From: Myxococcota bacterium
GTDB lineage: Bacteria > Myxococcota_A > Polyangia > Nannocystales > Nannocystaceae
Assembly: GCA_039028615.1 (NCBI GenBank)
Contig: JBCCHT010000014.1
Coordinates: forward strand, 179,710 to 243,709
DNA length: 64,000 bases
Direction: 5' to 3'
Below are positions 53,522 to 63,046 of this stretch, piece after piece (position 1 is the first letter of the stretch; each line of letters begins with the position of its first letter). Below the pieces are notes generated by a model. That model did not search any database and was not told the DNA's origin. It worked only from the letters and a program-made list of their open reading frames with translations. The position numbers were made by a program, and so were the translations under genes.

Positions 53522-54394
53522 TCAGTCGGACGGTTTACGGTAGACCAGATCCTTGGACAGATGCACGAGATCGAAGCGAGTCGTGACGTTCAGCAGACTC
53601 TCGGAGTGCCCCAGCAGCAGGTACCCGCCCGGGTTGAGGGTGTCGTAAAAGGCCTCCACGATGCGATGCCGGGCTTCCCCCGACAGGTACATCAGCACGT
53701 TGCGGCAGAAAATCACGTCGCAGCGGCCCAGAACGTCGAATCGCTCCGTGCTCAGCAGGTTGAGCTGCCCGAATGAGCACATCGCGCGGATGTCTTCGCG
53801 GACGTAGAACTTGCCGTCCTGCTCGCGGAAGAACTTCTTTTGAAAATACCCCTCGGTCGTCCGGAAACTGTTGTGGCCGTAGGCACCCCGGCGCGCGTGG
53901 GACACGACCTGACGGCTGATGTCGGAACCGACCACGCGCAGGACCCAGTCGTCGAGCAGCCCCGACTCCCGCATCAAGATCGCGATGGTGTAGACCTCTT
54001 CGCCCGTCGAGCAGCCCGCGCTCCACACGAGCAGGCGTTTGCGGTGCCGATGCCGCCGCGTCAGCTCGGGGAGAATCTCCTCGCGGAAGGCCTCGAGCTG
54101 GTACTCCTCGCGGAACAGGTAGGTCTCGTGGGTGGTGATGCGCTCGATGACGTCTTCGAGCTCGCGCTCCCCACCCGGGTCGTAGCGCAGGTAGTGGTAG
54201 TACTCGCGATAGCTGGCCAAGCCCAGCGCCTCGAGACGCGGCCCCAGCCGCCGCTCGAGGAAGAAGGTCGAGTCCAGCCCGTGCGATAAACCGCAGTACT
54301 CGTGGATGATTTCTTGGAGCAGGCGAGCCTCCTCCTCGGTCATCCGCGCTCGGGCTCCGCCGAGGACGTCGTAGGGACCGGTGGTGCGACTCAC
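53522..54394 (-). CDS. cheR: Chemotaxis methyltransferase CheR
   Basis: TTHETYLFRE, WSAGCSTGEE, IFCRNVLMY, GGYLLLGHSE. Confidence 0.95.
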   Translation of the reverse strand: MSRTTGPYDVLGGARARMTEEEARLLQEIIHEYCGLSHGLDSTFFLERRLGPRLEALGLASYREYYHYLRYDPGGERELEDVIERITTHETYLFREEYQLEAFREEILPELTRRHRHRKRLLVWSAGCSTGEEVYTIAILMRESGLLDDWVLRVVGSDISRQVVSHARRGAYGHNSFRTTEGYFQKKFFREQDGKFYVREDIRAMCSFGQLNLLSTERFDVLGRCDVIFCRNVLMYLSGEARHRIVEAFYDTLNPGGYLLLGHSESLLNVTTRFDLVHLSKDLVYRKPSD

Positions 54395-56397
54395 TCGCCC
54401 GCTCCCTTCCCCGCCATGCCGTCCAGCTGGGCGATGGCGTCTTCGAGCACCTGACGCACCAACCGGTCGCTCTCACGCTCGGCACTTTGCCGCAACGGGC
54501 CCAACGCGGTGGCGTCTTTTCGGGCCGCCAGCACCTCGGCCGCGGCCCACCGCACGTCCCAACGATCGTGGGTCAGCAGGCCCAGCAGCGCCGCCGTGGC
54601 GCGATGGGCCGAAAATGCGATCAGCGCCCGTGCCGCGGCCTTGACCACCTCGTGGTCAGCCGAGGTGCACAGGCTCATCAACATGGTGAGGTCTTGATCG
54701 AGCCCCGTCTTGCCCAGGCCCGCGATCGCCTGCACGACCACCGTGGGCACCGGATCCTCGGCGATGATCGCCCGCAGCCGGGCCAATGCCACCGGATTGT
54801 CGAGCGCGACCAAGGCGGTGACCGCAGCCGCGCGCACGAGCGGCGACGGGTCGGTGGTTGCGCTCATCAACGATTGCACCGCGTAGCTGGCCCCCAGCTG
54901 ACCCAGGCTACGACACGCGGCGCCGCGCACCTGCGGCTCCTCGTCGGCCAGGGCGAACGAAAGCGCGCTCACCCCCTCGTGCTCGCCCGGGATCTGGCCG
55001 ACCGCCGTGGCCGCGGCCACCCGAACCCCGACGTCCGGGGAACCGAGCAGCGAGACCAAATGCGGCACGTGATGTGGCGACCGAATTTTTCCGGCAACTC
55101 GGGAGAGGTTGCGCGCCAAGGGGCCCGTTTGGGGCCAGGCGGCGCCGGCCAGCAGATCGAGATCCGCCTGCCCCGCTCCGTCGCTGCGCTGCATGATCGA
55201 CGCGACCGCGTCGGCAGCCGTCTCTCCGAGCCGACCCTCGCTGCCCATCATGCGATAGAGCCCGCCGAGTCCGGCGCGATTGCCCGCTTGCTTGAGTGCC
55301 TCGGCCGCCGCCAGGGCGATTTCTTCCGCGGGATCGTCGAGCGCGGCCACGAGCTGCGCGAGCAAGGGCTCGGTCACCGCGGCCGACGGCATCGCGGTGA
55401 TCATGCGGAACAGGTGCTCGCGACGAGCGGTGTGCAGGTCGGCCGCGGCCTGAGCGAGCACGGGTCCCGCTGCCGCCCCGAGCTCGGCCACGAGGGCGAG
55501 AGCCCGCTCGTGCAGCAGCGGGTCGTCCATGACGTCGAGCACGGGCAGCACCGCTTCGGCGTCGCCCGCCAGCCCGGCCAGGTGAATGGACGCGCCTCGG
55601 ACCTCCCGCTCTTCGTGCCCGATGAGCTCGCGAATGTGCTCTCGAGTGGTGGCGCTGACTCGCCGCACCGCCGCCCGAACCAGACCGGTGCGACCGCGCT
55701 CGGCCAGGCCCTCGTCGAGCTCGACCAGCGAGCGCGCCGCCTCGGCTCGAACCCCGGCCATGGGATCGTCGAGCAGCGGCAACAAGATGGGCAGAGCGCC
55801 CGCCTCGGTGGACAGGCCGAGCAACGCGGCCGCGCCCTTGCGGGTGAAGGCCGGCTCCACCAGCGGCTCGACCAGCTCGATCGGCACCACCGCTTTGCCG
55901 GCCCGCAACGCATCGAGGGCATAGACCCGGAGCATCTCCGAGCCGTCTTCGAGCAGGCGACGCAGGGCGACCTCGGCCTCGGCCCCCCCGATGCGCCCCA
56001 GGCCCGCCGCCGCCGATGCGCGCAGGTTGGGGTCGGCCGCGGGGTCGTCCATGATGTCGACCAGCTGCGACACGTGGCGGCGGTCGCCGATCTGCCCCAG
56101 CAGATCGACGAGCAGGCGCCGCGGCGGCCCGCTGGGCGTGGCGTCGAGTCGCCGATGCAGCACCCGCAGGCAGCGGTCGCCCATGGTGACCAGCACCTCG
56201 TGGCTCGCCGCCCGGGCGTTGATCTGGTCCCCCATCAGCAGGTCGAACAGGCGCTCGGCCAGCAGCCCGATGACCTTGGGATCGCCCTCCCCTCGCACGT
56301 AGCTGTGCAGCCGCTCGATGGCCGCCTTGCGCTCGCGCCAGACGTCGGCGGACAGCTCACCGAGCGCATCTTCCAGCAACCGGGGCAGCTCGCTCAC
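54391..56397 (-). CDS. HEAT-repeat protein
   Basis: Many D....VR.AA..AL units. Translationally coupled within the che cluster. Confidence 0.88.
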   Translation of the reverse strand: MSELPRLLEDALGELSADVWRERKAAIERLHSYVRGEGDPKVIGLLAERLFDLLMGDQINARAASHEVLVTMGDRCLRVLHRRLDATPSGPPRRLLVDLLGQIGDRRHVSQLVDIMDDPAADPNLRASAAAGLGRIGGAEAEVALRRLLEDGSEMLRVYALDALRAGKAVVPIELVEPLVEPAFTRKGAAALLGLSTEAGALPILLPLLDDPMAGVRAEAARSLVELDEGLAERGRTGLVRAAVRRVSATTREHIRELIGHEEREVRGASIHLAGLAGDAEAVLPVLDVMDDPLLHERALALVAELGAAAGPVLAQAAADLHTARREHLFRMITAMPSAAVTEPLLAQLVAALDDPAEEIALAAAEALKQAGNRAGLGGLYRMMGSEGRLGETAADAVASIMQRSDGAGQADLDLLAGAAWPQTGPLARNLSRVAGKIRSPHHVPHLVSLLGSPDVGVRVAAATAVGQIPGEHEGVSALSFALADEEPQVRGAACRSLGQLGASYAVQSLMSATTDPSPLVRAAAVTALVALDNPVALARLRAIIAEDPVPTVVVQAIAGLGKTGLDQDLTMLMSLCTSADHEVVKAAARALIAFSAHRATAALLGLLTHDRWDVRWAAAEVLAARKDATALGPLRQSAERESDRLVRQVLEDAIAQLDGMAGKGAGE

Positions 56398-57095
56398 TGG
56401 TCCCCCCGTCCGAACGAGTGCATGAGCGTGGTGAAGGCCTCACCGATGGGGTCGCCGGGCATCTGACCGCCCTCGGACTTCACGACCGCGGAGAACAGCT
56501 CCCGCGCGATGTCGAGGTCGGGGCCGACCGCCGCCTGGGCGCCGGCCAGGTCGCGCGCGGCATGAATCGCGTCGCCGTTGTAGAGCACCATGTCGGCCAC
56601 GATGAGCGAGGCCAGCCGGAGGTGGTCGGCCTCGAGCTCTTCGAGCCGGGTGTCCCCTTCCACGCGCAGCGCCTCGCGGGCCTCGGCCTCGGTGGTCTCG
56701 GCCGCGGGCACGCCAGGCAGCCCCAGGTGCTCGTAGAGCTTGCGCGGCAGGCTGTCGCACAGGTGGTGAATCTCGACGTAGTCGTTGGCGCCATAAAGCC
56801 GCGTCGGGCGGCGCTTGTAGCTGGTGCGCCGATAGACCGAAGCCACCAGCACCACCACCTGGGCCCCTGCGGAGGGACCGGCCGTCTGCGCCAGCTCGAC
56901 CAGCTCGTAGCCGGCCACGCCGGGCAGCGCGACGTCGACCACCAGGCCGTCCCAGCGCTCGGCCGCCAGCCGAGCCCGGCACGTGTCGCCGTGCGCCACG
57001 TACTCGTACTCGAACCCCTCGCGCACCAAGACTCGCTCGACCGCGCGGGCGACCCCGCGGCGCTCGTGCGCGAACAGGATCCGGGGGCCACTCAT
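56394..57095 (-). CDS. Atypical receiver-domain protein
   Basis: RILFAHE (acidic pocket reduced), VVDVALPGVAG, YKRRPTRLYGANDYVEIHH (no conserved Lys). Helical C-terminal domain. Confidence 0.75.
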   Translation of the reverse strand: MSGPRILFAHERRGVARAVERVLVREGFEYEYVAHGDTCRARLAAERWDGLVVDVALPGVAGYELVELAQTAGPSAGAQVVVLVASVYRRTSYKRRPTRLYGANDYVEIHHLCDSLPRKLYEHLGLPGVPAAETTEAEAREALRVEGDTRLEELEADHLRLASLIVADMVLYNGDAIHAARDLAGAQAAVGPDLDIARELFSAVVKSEGGQMPGDPIGEAFTTLMHSFGRGDQ

Positions 57096-57721
57096 GAAGA
57101 GTGCTCCTCCACGGGCGGTGCGGGCGTGGGCCGAGCCGGTCGACGCATGCCGCGAGTGGGATCGATGACCGTCTCGAGGTTGACCACGAACACCATGTCC
57201 GCGCCCACCCGGCAGACGCCGCTGAAGAAGTCCTCTTCCACGTCACCGTCGCCCGCCCGGAGCATGGAGGGCGCGGGCCGCAGCGCGCCCGCGGGCACCC
57301 GCAGCTCGCCGAGGATCTTGTCGACCTTGAGGCCGATGATCCGCCCGCGAACGCTGACGATGATGAGCTTGTTGATGCGCTCCGCGTCGTCCTCGATCGT
57401 GGCGCGGAAGCGCTTGCGCAGATCGATGACGGGGATGACCACGCCGCGCAGCTGGATGACCCCCTCGACGATGGCGGGCGCGTGCGGCACGGGACGAATC
57501 GGATACGGACGGGCCTGGATGACCTCCTTGATCCGCATGATGTCGATGCCGTACAGCGCCCCGCCGACGTAGAAGCCGGCCAGCTTCAGGTCGTCGTGGT
57601 CGCCCTCTTCGCGCTCGTCGTCGAAGGCCCGGCCGTCCGCGCCCGTGCCCACCATGCCGCGCAGGCGACGACCCAACGCGCCTCGCGACCCACTCCCGCC
57701 GCCGTCCTTGGCTCGGTTCAT
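57092..57721 (-). CDS. cheW: CheW adaptor protein
   Basis: YGIDIMRIKEVI, VPHAP..VEGVIQLRG.VIPVIDLRKRF, GLKVD. Confidence 0.92.
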   Translation of the reverse strand: MNRAKDGGGSGSRGALGRRLRGMVGTGADGRAFDDEREEGDHDDLKLAGFYVGGALYGIDIMRIKEVIQARPYPIRPVPHAPAIVEGVIQLRGVVIPVIDLRKRFRATIEDDAERINKLIIVSVRGRIIGLKVDKILGELRVPAGALRPAPSMLRAGDGDVEEDFFSGVCRVGADMVFVVNLETVIDPTRGMRRPARPTPAPPVEEHSS

Positions 57722-58317
57722 GCTCCACCCCCTCCGACGCCGCCGGTGGTGACCTTCCTGGCCCGCCCGCGCAGCTCGGCTTTGACGAAGTCTCGCGAGT
57801 CCAACACCGTGCCCAGCTCGAGCACGATGAGGATGTCGTCCTCGAGCCGCGTCAGCGCCCGGATGTACTCGCCGCGCGCCCCCGCGATGGCCCCGGGGGC
57901 ATCCTCGAGGTCCTCGGGCGCGATGGTGACCACGTACAGGACCTCGTCGACGACCAACCCGTACAGGTCGTCTTCGTGGTGCACGATGAGCACCCGGGAC
58001 TCGCGCCCCTTGGCGTGTGCCTCGAGCCGCAGCCGCTTGGCCAGGTCGACGATGGGGATGACCCGACCACGCACGTTGCCGATGCCGATCACGAAGTCGG
58101 CCGTGCGGGGCACGGGCGTGGTGTCGAAGGTCTTCGAGATTTCGCTGATCTGGTCGATCGACAGCCCGTAGTTCTCCCCCGAGACCCGGAAGGCCACGTA
58201 CTGCTGCAGATCGACTCGAACCTCGCGCTTGTAGCCGTGCTCGTAGTCCTCCTCGGTCGCGACCGATTCGCCACTACGCGCCAGCGCGTTCCACAGGTCA
58301 CCGCCTTCACGGGCCAT
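57718..58317 (-). CDS. cheW: CheW adaptor protein
   Basis: FRVSGENYG, TPVP, GIGNVRGRVIPIVDL, GLVVDEV. Confidence 0.92.
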   Translation of the reverse strand: MAREGGDLWNALARSGESVATEEDYEHGYKREVRVDLQQYVAFRVSGENYGLSIDQISEISKTFDTTPVPRTADFVIGIGNVRGRVIPIVDLAKRLRLEAHAKGRESRVLIVHHEDDLYGLVVDEVLYVVTIAPEDLEDAPGAIAGARGEYIRALTRLEDDILIVLELGTVLDSRDFVKAELRGRARKVTTGGVGGGGA

Positions 58318-60535
58318 CGTGTCTCACCTCCCGGGCCCCCGCCCCCTCCGCACCCGGCACCACCGAGTTACCCACGGCCGTCAGCTCGTTGCGGGTCAGC
58401 GCCTCGTCGACCAGGGTCGCCACGTCGAGCAGCAACACGGTGCGGTTCGCCCCCAGCTCGGTGGCTCCGGCAATGCCGGGCACCGAGCGTAACGCCGCGC
58501 CGAGCGGCTTGATGACCACGTCCTGCTGTCCGACCAGCTCGTCGACCACCAGGCCGACGCGGTGCTGGGCCAGGCCCACGATGACCACGTAGACCCGCTC
58601 GGGGTCGAAGAAGCGGGTCTCCTCGGTCAGGTCGAACATCCGCGAAAGGTGCAGCAGCGGCAGCGTGCGGCCGCGCAGCGAGATGACCTCGTGCCCCTCG
58701 ACGGTGACGATGTCCGCCTCGCGCACCATGATCGACTCGAGCACCGAGTTGAGCGGGATGCAGAAGGTCTGGGCGCAGGTCTCGATGACCAGCGCCTGGA
58801 TGATGGCCAGGGTGACCGGCAAGGTGATGGAGAACTTGGTGCCCCGCCCCGGCTCGGTGTCGACGTCGATCATCCCCGACAGTCGCGAGATGTTCGTCTT
58901 GACGACGTCCATGCCCACCCCGCGACCGCTGATGGAGGTGGCGACCTCGCGGGTGGTGAAGCCGGGCATGAAGATGAAGTCGATGACCTCGTTCATGCCC
59001 ATCTCGGCCGCCTCTTCGCGGGAGACCAGGCCGCGACGGATGGCCATCTCCTGGATCTTGCGCCACTCCATGCCGCGGCCGTCGTCTTCGACCTCGATGA
59101 CGACGCGGTTGCCGCGCTGGAAGGCACGAAGCTCGATGCGACCGGCCGCCTGCTTGCCCGCCTCGATCCGGTCCTCGCGGGTCTCGATGCCGTGATCGAT
59201 GCAGTTGCGGATCATGTGCATCAGCGGGTCGCTGAGTTCCTCGACGATGAGCTTGTCGAGCTCGGTCTGCGCCCCGGAGATGGTCAGGCGAATCTCTTTG
59301 CCCGACTCGCGCCCGAGCTTGCGGACCACCCGGGCGAGCTTGTCGAAGACCTGGCCCAGCGGGACCATGCGGACGTCGAGCAGGCCCTGCTGGAGCAGCG
59401 AGAGCTTGCGCGCCATGGTGCGCAGGTGCCCCTGGAGGTCGCGGACCATGTCCCCCGCCCCCTCGCGCATGCGCAGCAGGTCGAGGGTGCCGCCGAGGTT
59501 GGCCTGCACCACCCCCAGCTCACCGATGAGGTTCATCAGCAGGTCGAGTCGCGACAGGTCGACCCGGACGGTCTGGCTGAGGCTGCGGAGGCTGATCGCC
59601 TCGGAATCGTGCTCGTCGTCGAGGTCGCGCGGCGGGTGCTGCTCGGGCGGGGGCGCGGCCGGCTCGTCCTCTTCTTCGATGGGCTCGACCGTGACCCGGG
59701 GCGCCCGCACCGAGCTGGGCTCGGGCGTCGGCGTGGGTGCCGTGGCGGGAGGCGGGGTCGGAGCCGGCGGCGTGGTGGGAGCCGCCACCGCCCCGCTGGG
59801 CGACAGCTCGTAGACGGTGACGCCGTCCTCGGCCACCCCGGCCGCGATCTCGGCCAAGGGCCGCTCGGAGCCTACCAAAATGTCGAGATCGATGCGGTCG
59901 TCGGACGACGCGTCGGCGCTGGGCAGGTACGTGATGACCTCGCCGAACGCCTTCATCTTGCTCTTGAGCGCCTCGATTCCGACGTCGATGGCGAGCAAGT
60001 CGAAGGAGGCGTGCACCCGGAACAGCCGCCGCCCCATGCGGATGTTCTCCCGCAGGCGGTGCTCTTCGTACTCGGTCAGGACCCCGAGGATGGAGTCGTC
60101 GAGCCCGGCGAGGCTGGTGGCGGGCTCCTCTTCGTCGTCGCCCCCGGACAGCGCCAGGATGCGGCCGAGCAGCGGGTCGATGTCGACGGTGCCCGTCTTC
60201 TCGTCGCCGAACCCGGCCAGCATGCGCTGGAAGGTCTCGACCGCCTCGAAGAGCACGTCGAGCGCCTTCTGCTCGAGCTCGAGCTTGCCCAGCCGCAGCG
60301 CGTCGAGGGTGCTCTCGAGGCTGTGGCTCAGCTTGGCGATGGAATTGGCGTTGAACAGCGCGGCCAGCCCCTTGAGGCTGTGCACCGCCCGAAACGCGGC
60401 GTTGAGGAGGTCCGGGTCGTATTGCTGCCCCGCGCGCTGTTGAGAGTCGAGCTCGAGGAGGTTGCGTGACAGCTCCTCGATGACATCTTGCGCTTCGGAC
60501 AGGAACTCGTTGGACGGGCGATCGCGTCCCGTCAT
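58307..60535 (-). CDS. cheA: Chemotaxis histidine kinase CheA
   Basis: Hpt FRAVHSLKG, TVRVD..RLD.LMNLIGEL, DPLMHMIRNCIDHGIE, DDGRG, SGRGVGMDVV and a C-terminal CheW-like domain. Confidence 0.96.
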   Translation of the reverse strand: MTGRDRPSNEFLSEAQDVIEELSRNLLELDSQQRAGQQYDPDLLNAAFRAVHSLKGLAALFNANSIAKLSHSLESTLDALRLGKLELEQKALDVLFEAVETFQRMLAGFGDEKTGTVDIDPLLGRILALSGGDDEEEPATSLAGLDDSILGVLTEYEEHRLRENIRMGRRLFRVHASFDLLAIDVGIEALKSKMKAFGEVITYLPSADASSDDRIDLDILVGSERPLAEIAAGVAEDGVTVYELSPSGAVAAPTTPPAPTPPPATAPTPTPEPSSVRAPRVTVEPIEEEDEPAAPPPEQHPPRDLDDEHDSEAISLRSLSQTVRVDLSRLDLLMNLIGELGVVQANLGGTLDLLRMREGAGDMVRDLQGHLRTMARKLSLLQQGLLDVRMVPLGQVFDKLARVVRKLGRESGKEIRLTISGAQTELDKLIVEELSDPLMHMIRNCIDHGIETREDRIEAGKQAAGRIELRAFQRGNRVVIEVEDDGRGMEWRKIQEMAIRRGLVSREEAAEMGMNEVIDFIFMPGFTTREVATSISGRGVGMDVVKTNISRLSGMIDVDTEPGRGTKFSITLPVTLAIIQALVIETCAQTFCIPLNSVLESIMVREADIVTVEGHEVISLRGRTLPLLHLSRMFDLTEETRFFDPERVYVVIVGLAQHRVGLVVDELVGQQDVVIKPLGAALRSVPGIAGATELGANRTVLLLDVATLVDEALTRNELTAVGNSVVPGAEGAGAREVRHDGP

Positions 60536-60921
60536 GCGTCGTTACCCTGCGCCTTCGCCCGCGCGTCTTCGATCACCTTGATCAAGTCCTCGGGCGTGAA
60601 GGGTTTGGCCAAGAACGCGGCAGCCCCGGCATCCATCGCGCGTGCGAGATCGGTGCTGGAGCTGTCGGTGCTGATGACGATGACCGGGGTCTCGCTGTAC
60701 TTGGCGTTGCTGCGGACGAACTTGGTGAGCTCGATTCCGCTGACGTCCGGCATGTTCACATCGGTGACGATGACCGCGAAGTCACCGCGAGGCAGGGCAC
60801 GGAGGGCATCGAAGCCATTGGTGACCTCTTGCACCGAGTACTGCCCGGTGGCCTCGAGGATCGAGCTCACGAAGAACCGCATCGCTCGCGAGTCTTCGAC
60901 GACGAGCACCTTGTCGGGCAT
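60532..60921 (-). CDS. cheY: Single-domain response regulator (CheY-like)
   Basis: MPDKVLVVEDS, VTDVNMP, VIST, FLAKPF. Confidence 0.9.
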   Translation of the reverse strand: MPDKVLVVEDSRAMRFFVSSILEATGQYSVQEVTNGFDALRALPRGDFAVIVTDVNMPDVSGIELTKFVRSNAKYSETPVIVISTDSSSTDLARAMDAGAAAFLAKPFTPEDLIKVIEDARAKAQGNDA

Positions 60922-60928
60922 TGCGCGG

Positions 60929-60934
60929 AGTATA
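60929..60934 (-). promoter_or_regulatory. -10 box 7 nt before the cheY start (che operon promoter, leaderless-type spacing)
   Basis: TATACT-ccgcgca-ATG. Confidence 0.55.
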
Positions 60935-60985
60935 CACCCGGCGGCGGCCGCTCTCGTCTCGGTCGCCCCCGGGGACGGCCGCGAC

Positions 60986-61825
60986 CTACAGGTCGGTTTG
61001 GGCGGCCCGAGGTGGACCCTCGAGTAGACGGCGTAGACGGGCCTCGTGGCGAGGATCGGCGACCACCCAGTAGCGTCGTCGACCGGGCTCGTCCGTCTCC
61101 TCGGAGGTCTCGGGCGGACCGCCACGGGACACCTCGTCCGAGGCATCTCGTGGCTCGGGGGCTCCCCCACCGAGGACCTCGACCGGCGACCCTGAGCCCT
61201 CGGAGGGCTCGTCGGAGTCCTGCTCGGGGGCGAGCACGGGCCCACGACCCGGTTCGGGCTTGGAGGGCGAGGAGGACTCGGCCTCTCCGTCCACCGCGAC
61301 CGACCCTCCGGTCTCGTCGCCCACGGCCAGGGCGGCCGGGCGCACTGCCGCTTCGGCATGGGGGCCATCGAGCGCCCGGGTGAGACCGTTGAACACCGCC
61401 TCGACCACCGTGCGATCCGCGACCCGGCCGGGCATCGCCACCATCACGTCGGTGGGCCCGATCCCCTCGATCATCGCCACCATGCGCTCGCCCAGGGCTT
61501 CGGCCGCGCTGCGATCGAACGCGTCGGAGGGCCCGAGGCCGAGCACGACCACGCGTTGCATCGGCAGGATGCGTCCGGCGGGCATCAGCACCGTCTCGCC
61601 GGCCTTGCCCGTACAAAAACCGTCGCGCACCAGCGTGGAGACGCGCCCGCCGAGCCGCCAGTCGATGAGCCCGGCGAGGCCTTGGAGCGGCCGCTCGTCC
61701 TCGAAGCAGGGCAACACCACGAGATCCACGGTGTGGGCGGTCTCGCCCGCCTCGTCGTCGACGCCGTCGAGCAGCGCGCGGGTCAGCGGCCGCACCACGA
61801 TGTCGACGAGCCGCGGATCAGCCAT
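60986..61825 (-). CDS. Protein with only the M17 (leucyl aminopeptidase) N-terminal domain
   Basis: FEDERPLQGLAGLIDWRL.G, GKAGE, RVVVLGLG. No catalytic GKG/NTDAEGRL motifs. ATG 61825 overlaps the nusB end. Confidence 0.7.
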   Translation of the reverse strand: MADPRLVDIVVRPLTRALLDGVDDEAGETAHTVDLVVLPCFEDERPLQGLAGLIDWRLGGRVSTLVRDGFCTGKAGETVLMPAGRILPMQRVVVLGLGPSDAFDRSAAEALGERMVAMIEGIGPTDVMVAMPGRVADRTVVEAVFNGLTRALDGPHAEAAVRPAALAVGDETGGSVAVDGEAESSSPSKPEPGRGPVLAPEQDSDEPSEGSGSPVEVLGGGAPEPRDASDEVSRGGPPETSEETDEPGRRRYWVVADPRHEARLRRLLEGPPRAAQTDL

Positions 61826-62357
61826 CCGCACCCGCCTTGGCCGGCTTGGACGCCCCGCCGCCGCGAAGTCGTCGGGCCAGCGCCTCGGCCACGCCATTGA
61901 CGAAGGTCGGGCTGCGCTCGCTGCCGTAGCGCCGGGCCAGGCGGACCGCCTCGGCCAGCACGACCGGTCGCGGCGTGTTGGGGCGGTGCCCCAGCTCGTA
62001 GGCGGCCAGCCGCAAGACGTTGCGATCGACCTGGGCCATGCGCTCGAGCCTCCAGCGGCGGGAAGTCTCGGAGATCGTCCCGTCGACCTCGGTCCACTTG
62101 GCGATGAGCCCCAGGGCCAGGCCATCGGCGCGCCGCCGGACCTCGTCGTTGGCCACCATCTTGGAGAAGGCGCGGCCGCGCGGGTCGTCGCCCCGGGGCG
62201 CGCTGCGCCACAAGAGGGCCAGCGCCTCCTCGTACTCCTCGGGCGGATACGACTCGAGGTGACACAGCGCCAGCAGGGCGAGCTCTCGCCCCTGGGACCT
62301 CGGGTCGCGCGGGTCGGTGTCCTCCGACCGCCCGCTCTTTGGCGATGCGGAGCTCAC
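61818..62357 (-). CDS. nusB: Transcription antitermination factor NusB
   Basis: RELALLAL, WRLERMAQVDRNVLRLAAYEL, EAVRLARRYG, FVNGV. Confidence 0.93.
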   Translation of the reverse strand: MSSASPKSGRSEDTDPRDPRSQGRELALLALCHLESYPPEEYEEALALLWRSAPRGDDPRGRAFSKMVANDEVRRRADGLALGLIAKWTEVDGTISETSRRWRLERMAQVDRNVLRLAAYELGHRPNTPRPVVLAEAVRLARRYGSERSPTFVNGVAEALARRLRGGGASKPAKAGADG

Positions 62358-62857
62358 CCCTTTTGGGCCTGCTCGATGGCGCGATAGAGGCTGAGCTGCT
62401 CGACGGCGGCCATGGCCGCCTCGGCTCCCTTGTTGCCGTACTTGGCCCCGGCCCGATGCACCGCCTGCTCGAGCGAGTCGGTGGTCAGCACACCGAAGCC
62501 GACGGGGAGGCCCGTGGCCACGCCCAGGGCGCTGAGCCCCTTGGTCGCCTCCGACGCGATCAGGTCGAAGTGGATGGTGTCACCGCGCATCAGGCAGCCC
62601 AGGGCGATGAGCGCGTCGTAGCCGTGCTCACCTTCCAGCAGCTTGCTCGCCACCTGGGGCAGCTCGAACGCACCGGGCACGCGCACCACGGTGATGTCCG
62701 AGGCCTTCGCACCATGGCGAACCAGGGCATCGACCGCACCTTCGAGCAGTCGCTCCGTGATGAACGCGTTGAAGCGGCTCACCAGGATGCAAAACCGCGC
62801 TCCCGTTGCGTCGAGGTTACCTTCTAGGCTGCGCACGTCGTCCATCGGCCCCGCCAT
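62354..62857 (-). CDS. ribH: 6,7-dimethyl-8-ribityllumazine synthase
   Basis: SRFNAFIT..LLEGA, VPGAFELP, LGCLMRGDTIHF, FGVLT, RAG.K.GNKG.EAA. Start ATG 62857 or 62845. Confidence 0.95.
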   Translation of the reverse strand: MAGPMDDVRSLEGNLDATGARFCILVSRFNAFITERLLEGAVDALVRHGAKASDITVVRVPGAFELPQVASKLLEGEHGYDALIALGCLMRGDTIHFDLIASEATKGLSALGVATGLPVGFGVLTTDSLEQAVHRAGAKYGNKGAEAAMAAVEQLSLYRAIEQAQKG

Positions 62858-62972
62858 GTCCGCCCCAGATACCCCGCGGACGCGGCCGCGATCAACCCAC
62901 CCAGCGCCGTTCGGCGCGAAATCGAGGGCGCGTGCCGCTGGTGGGCCGTGACGGCCAACGCTTCGAAACGAC

Positions 62973-63030
62973 GACGACCCCGGCCCGCGGGGCCGAGGTC
63001 GTCTGAGCGGGGCCGGAGTCAGCCGGCCCC
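62973..63030 (-). terminator. Twin GC-rich hairpins after rpsA
   Basis: On the minus strand GGGGCCGG-6nt-CCGGCCCC, then GACGACCTCGGCCC-3nt-GGGCCGGGGTCGTC; only a weak U-tract. Confidence 0.45.
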
Positions 63031-63046
63031 CCGAAGGCACAGAGGC

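Noticed and set aside
62858..63046. FMN riboswitch upstream of ribH
   Set aside because: The conserved RFN sequence blocks are absent. The hairpins are better explained as the rpsA 3' structure.
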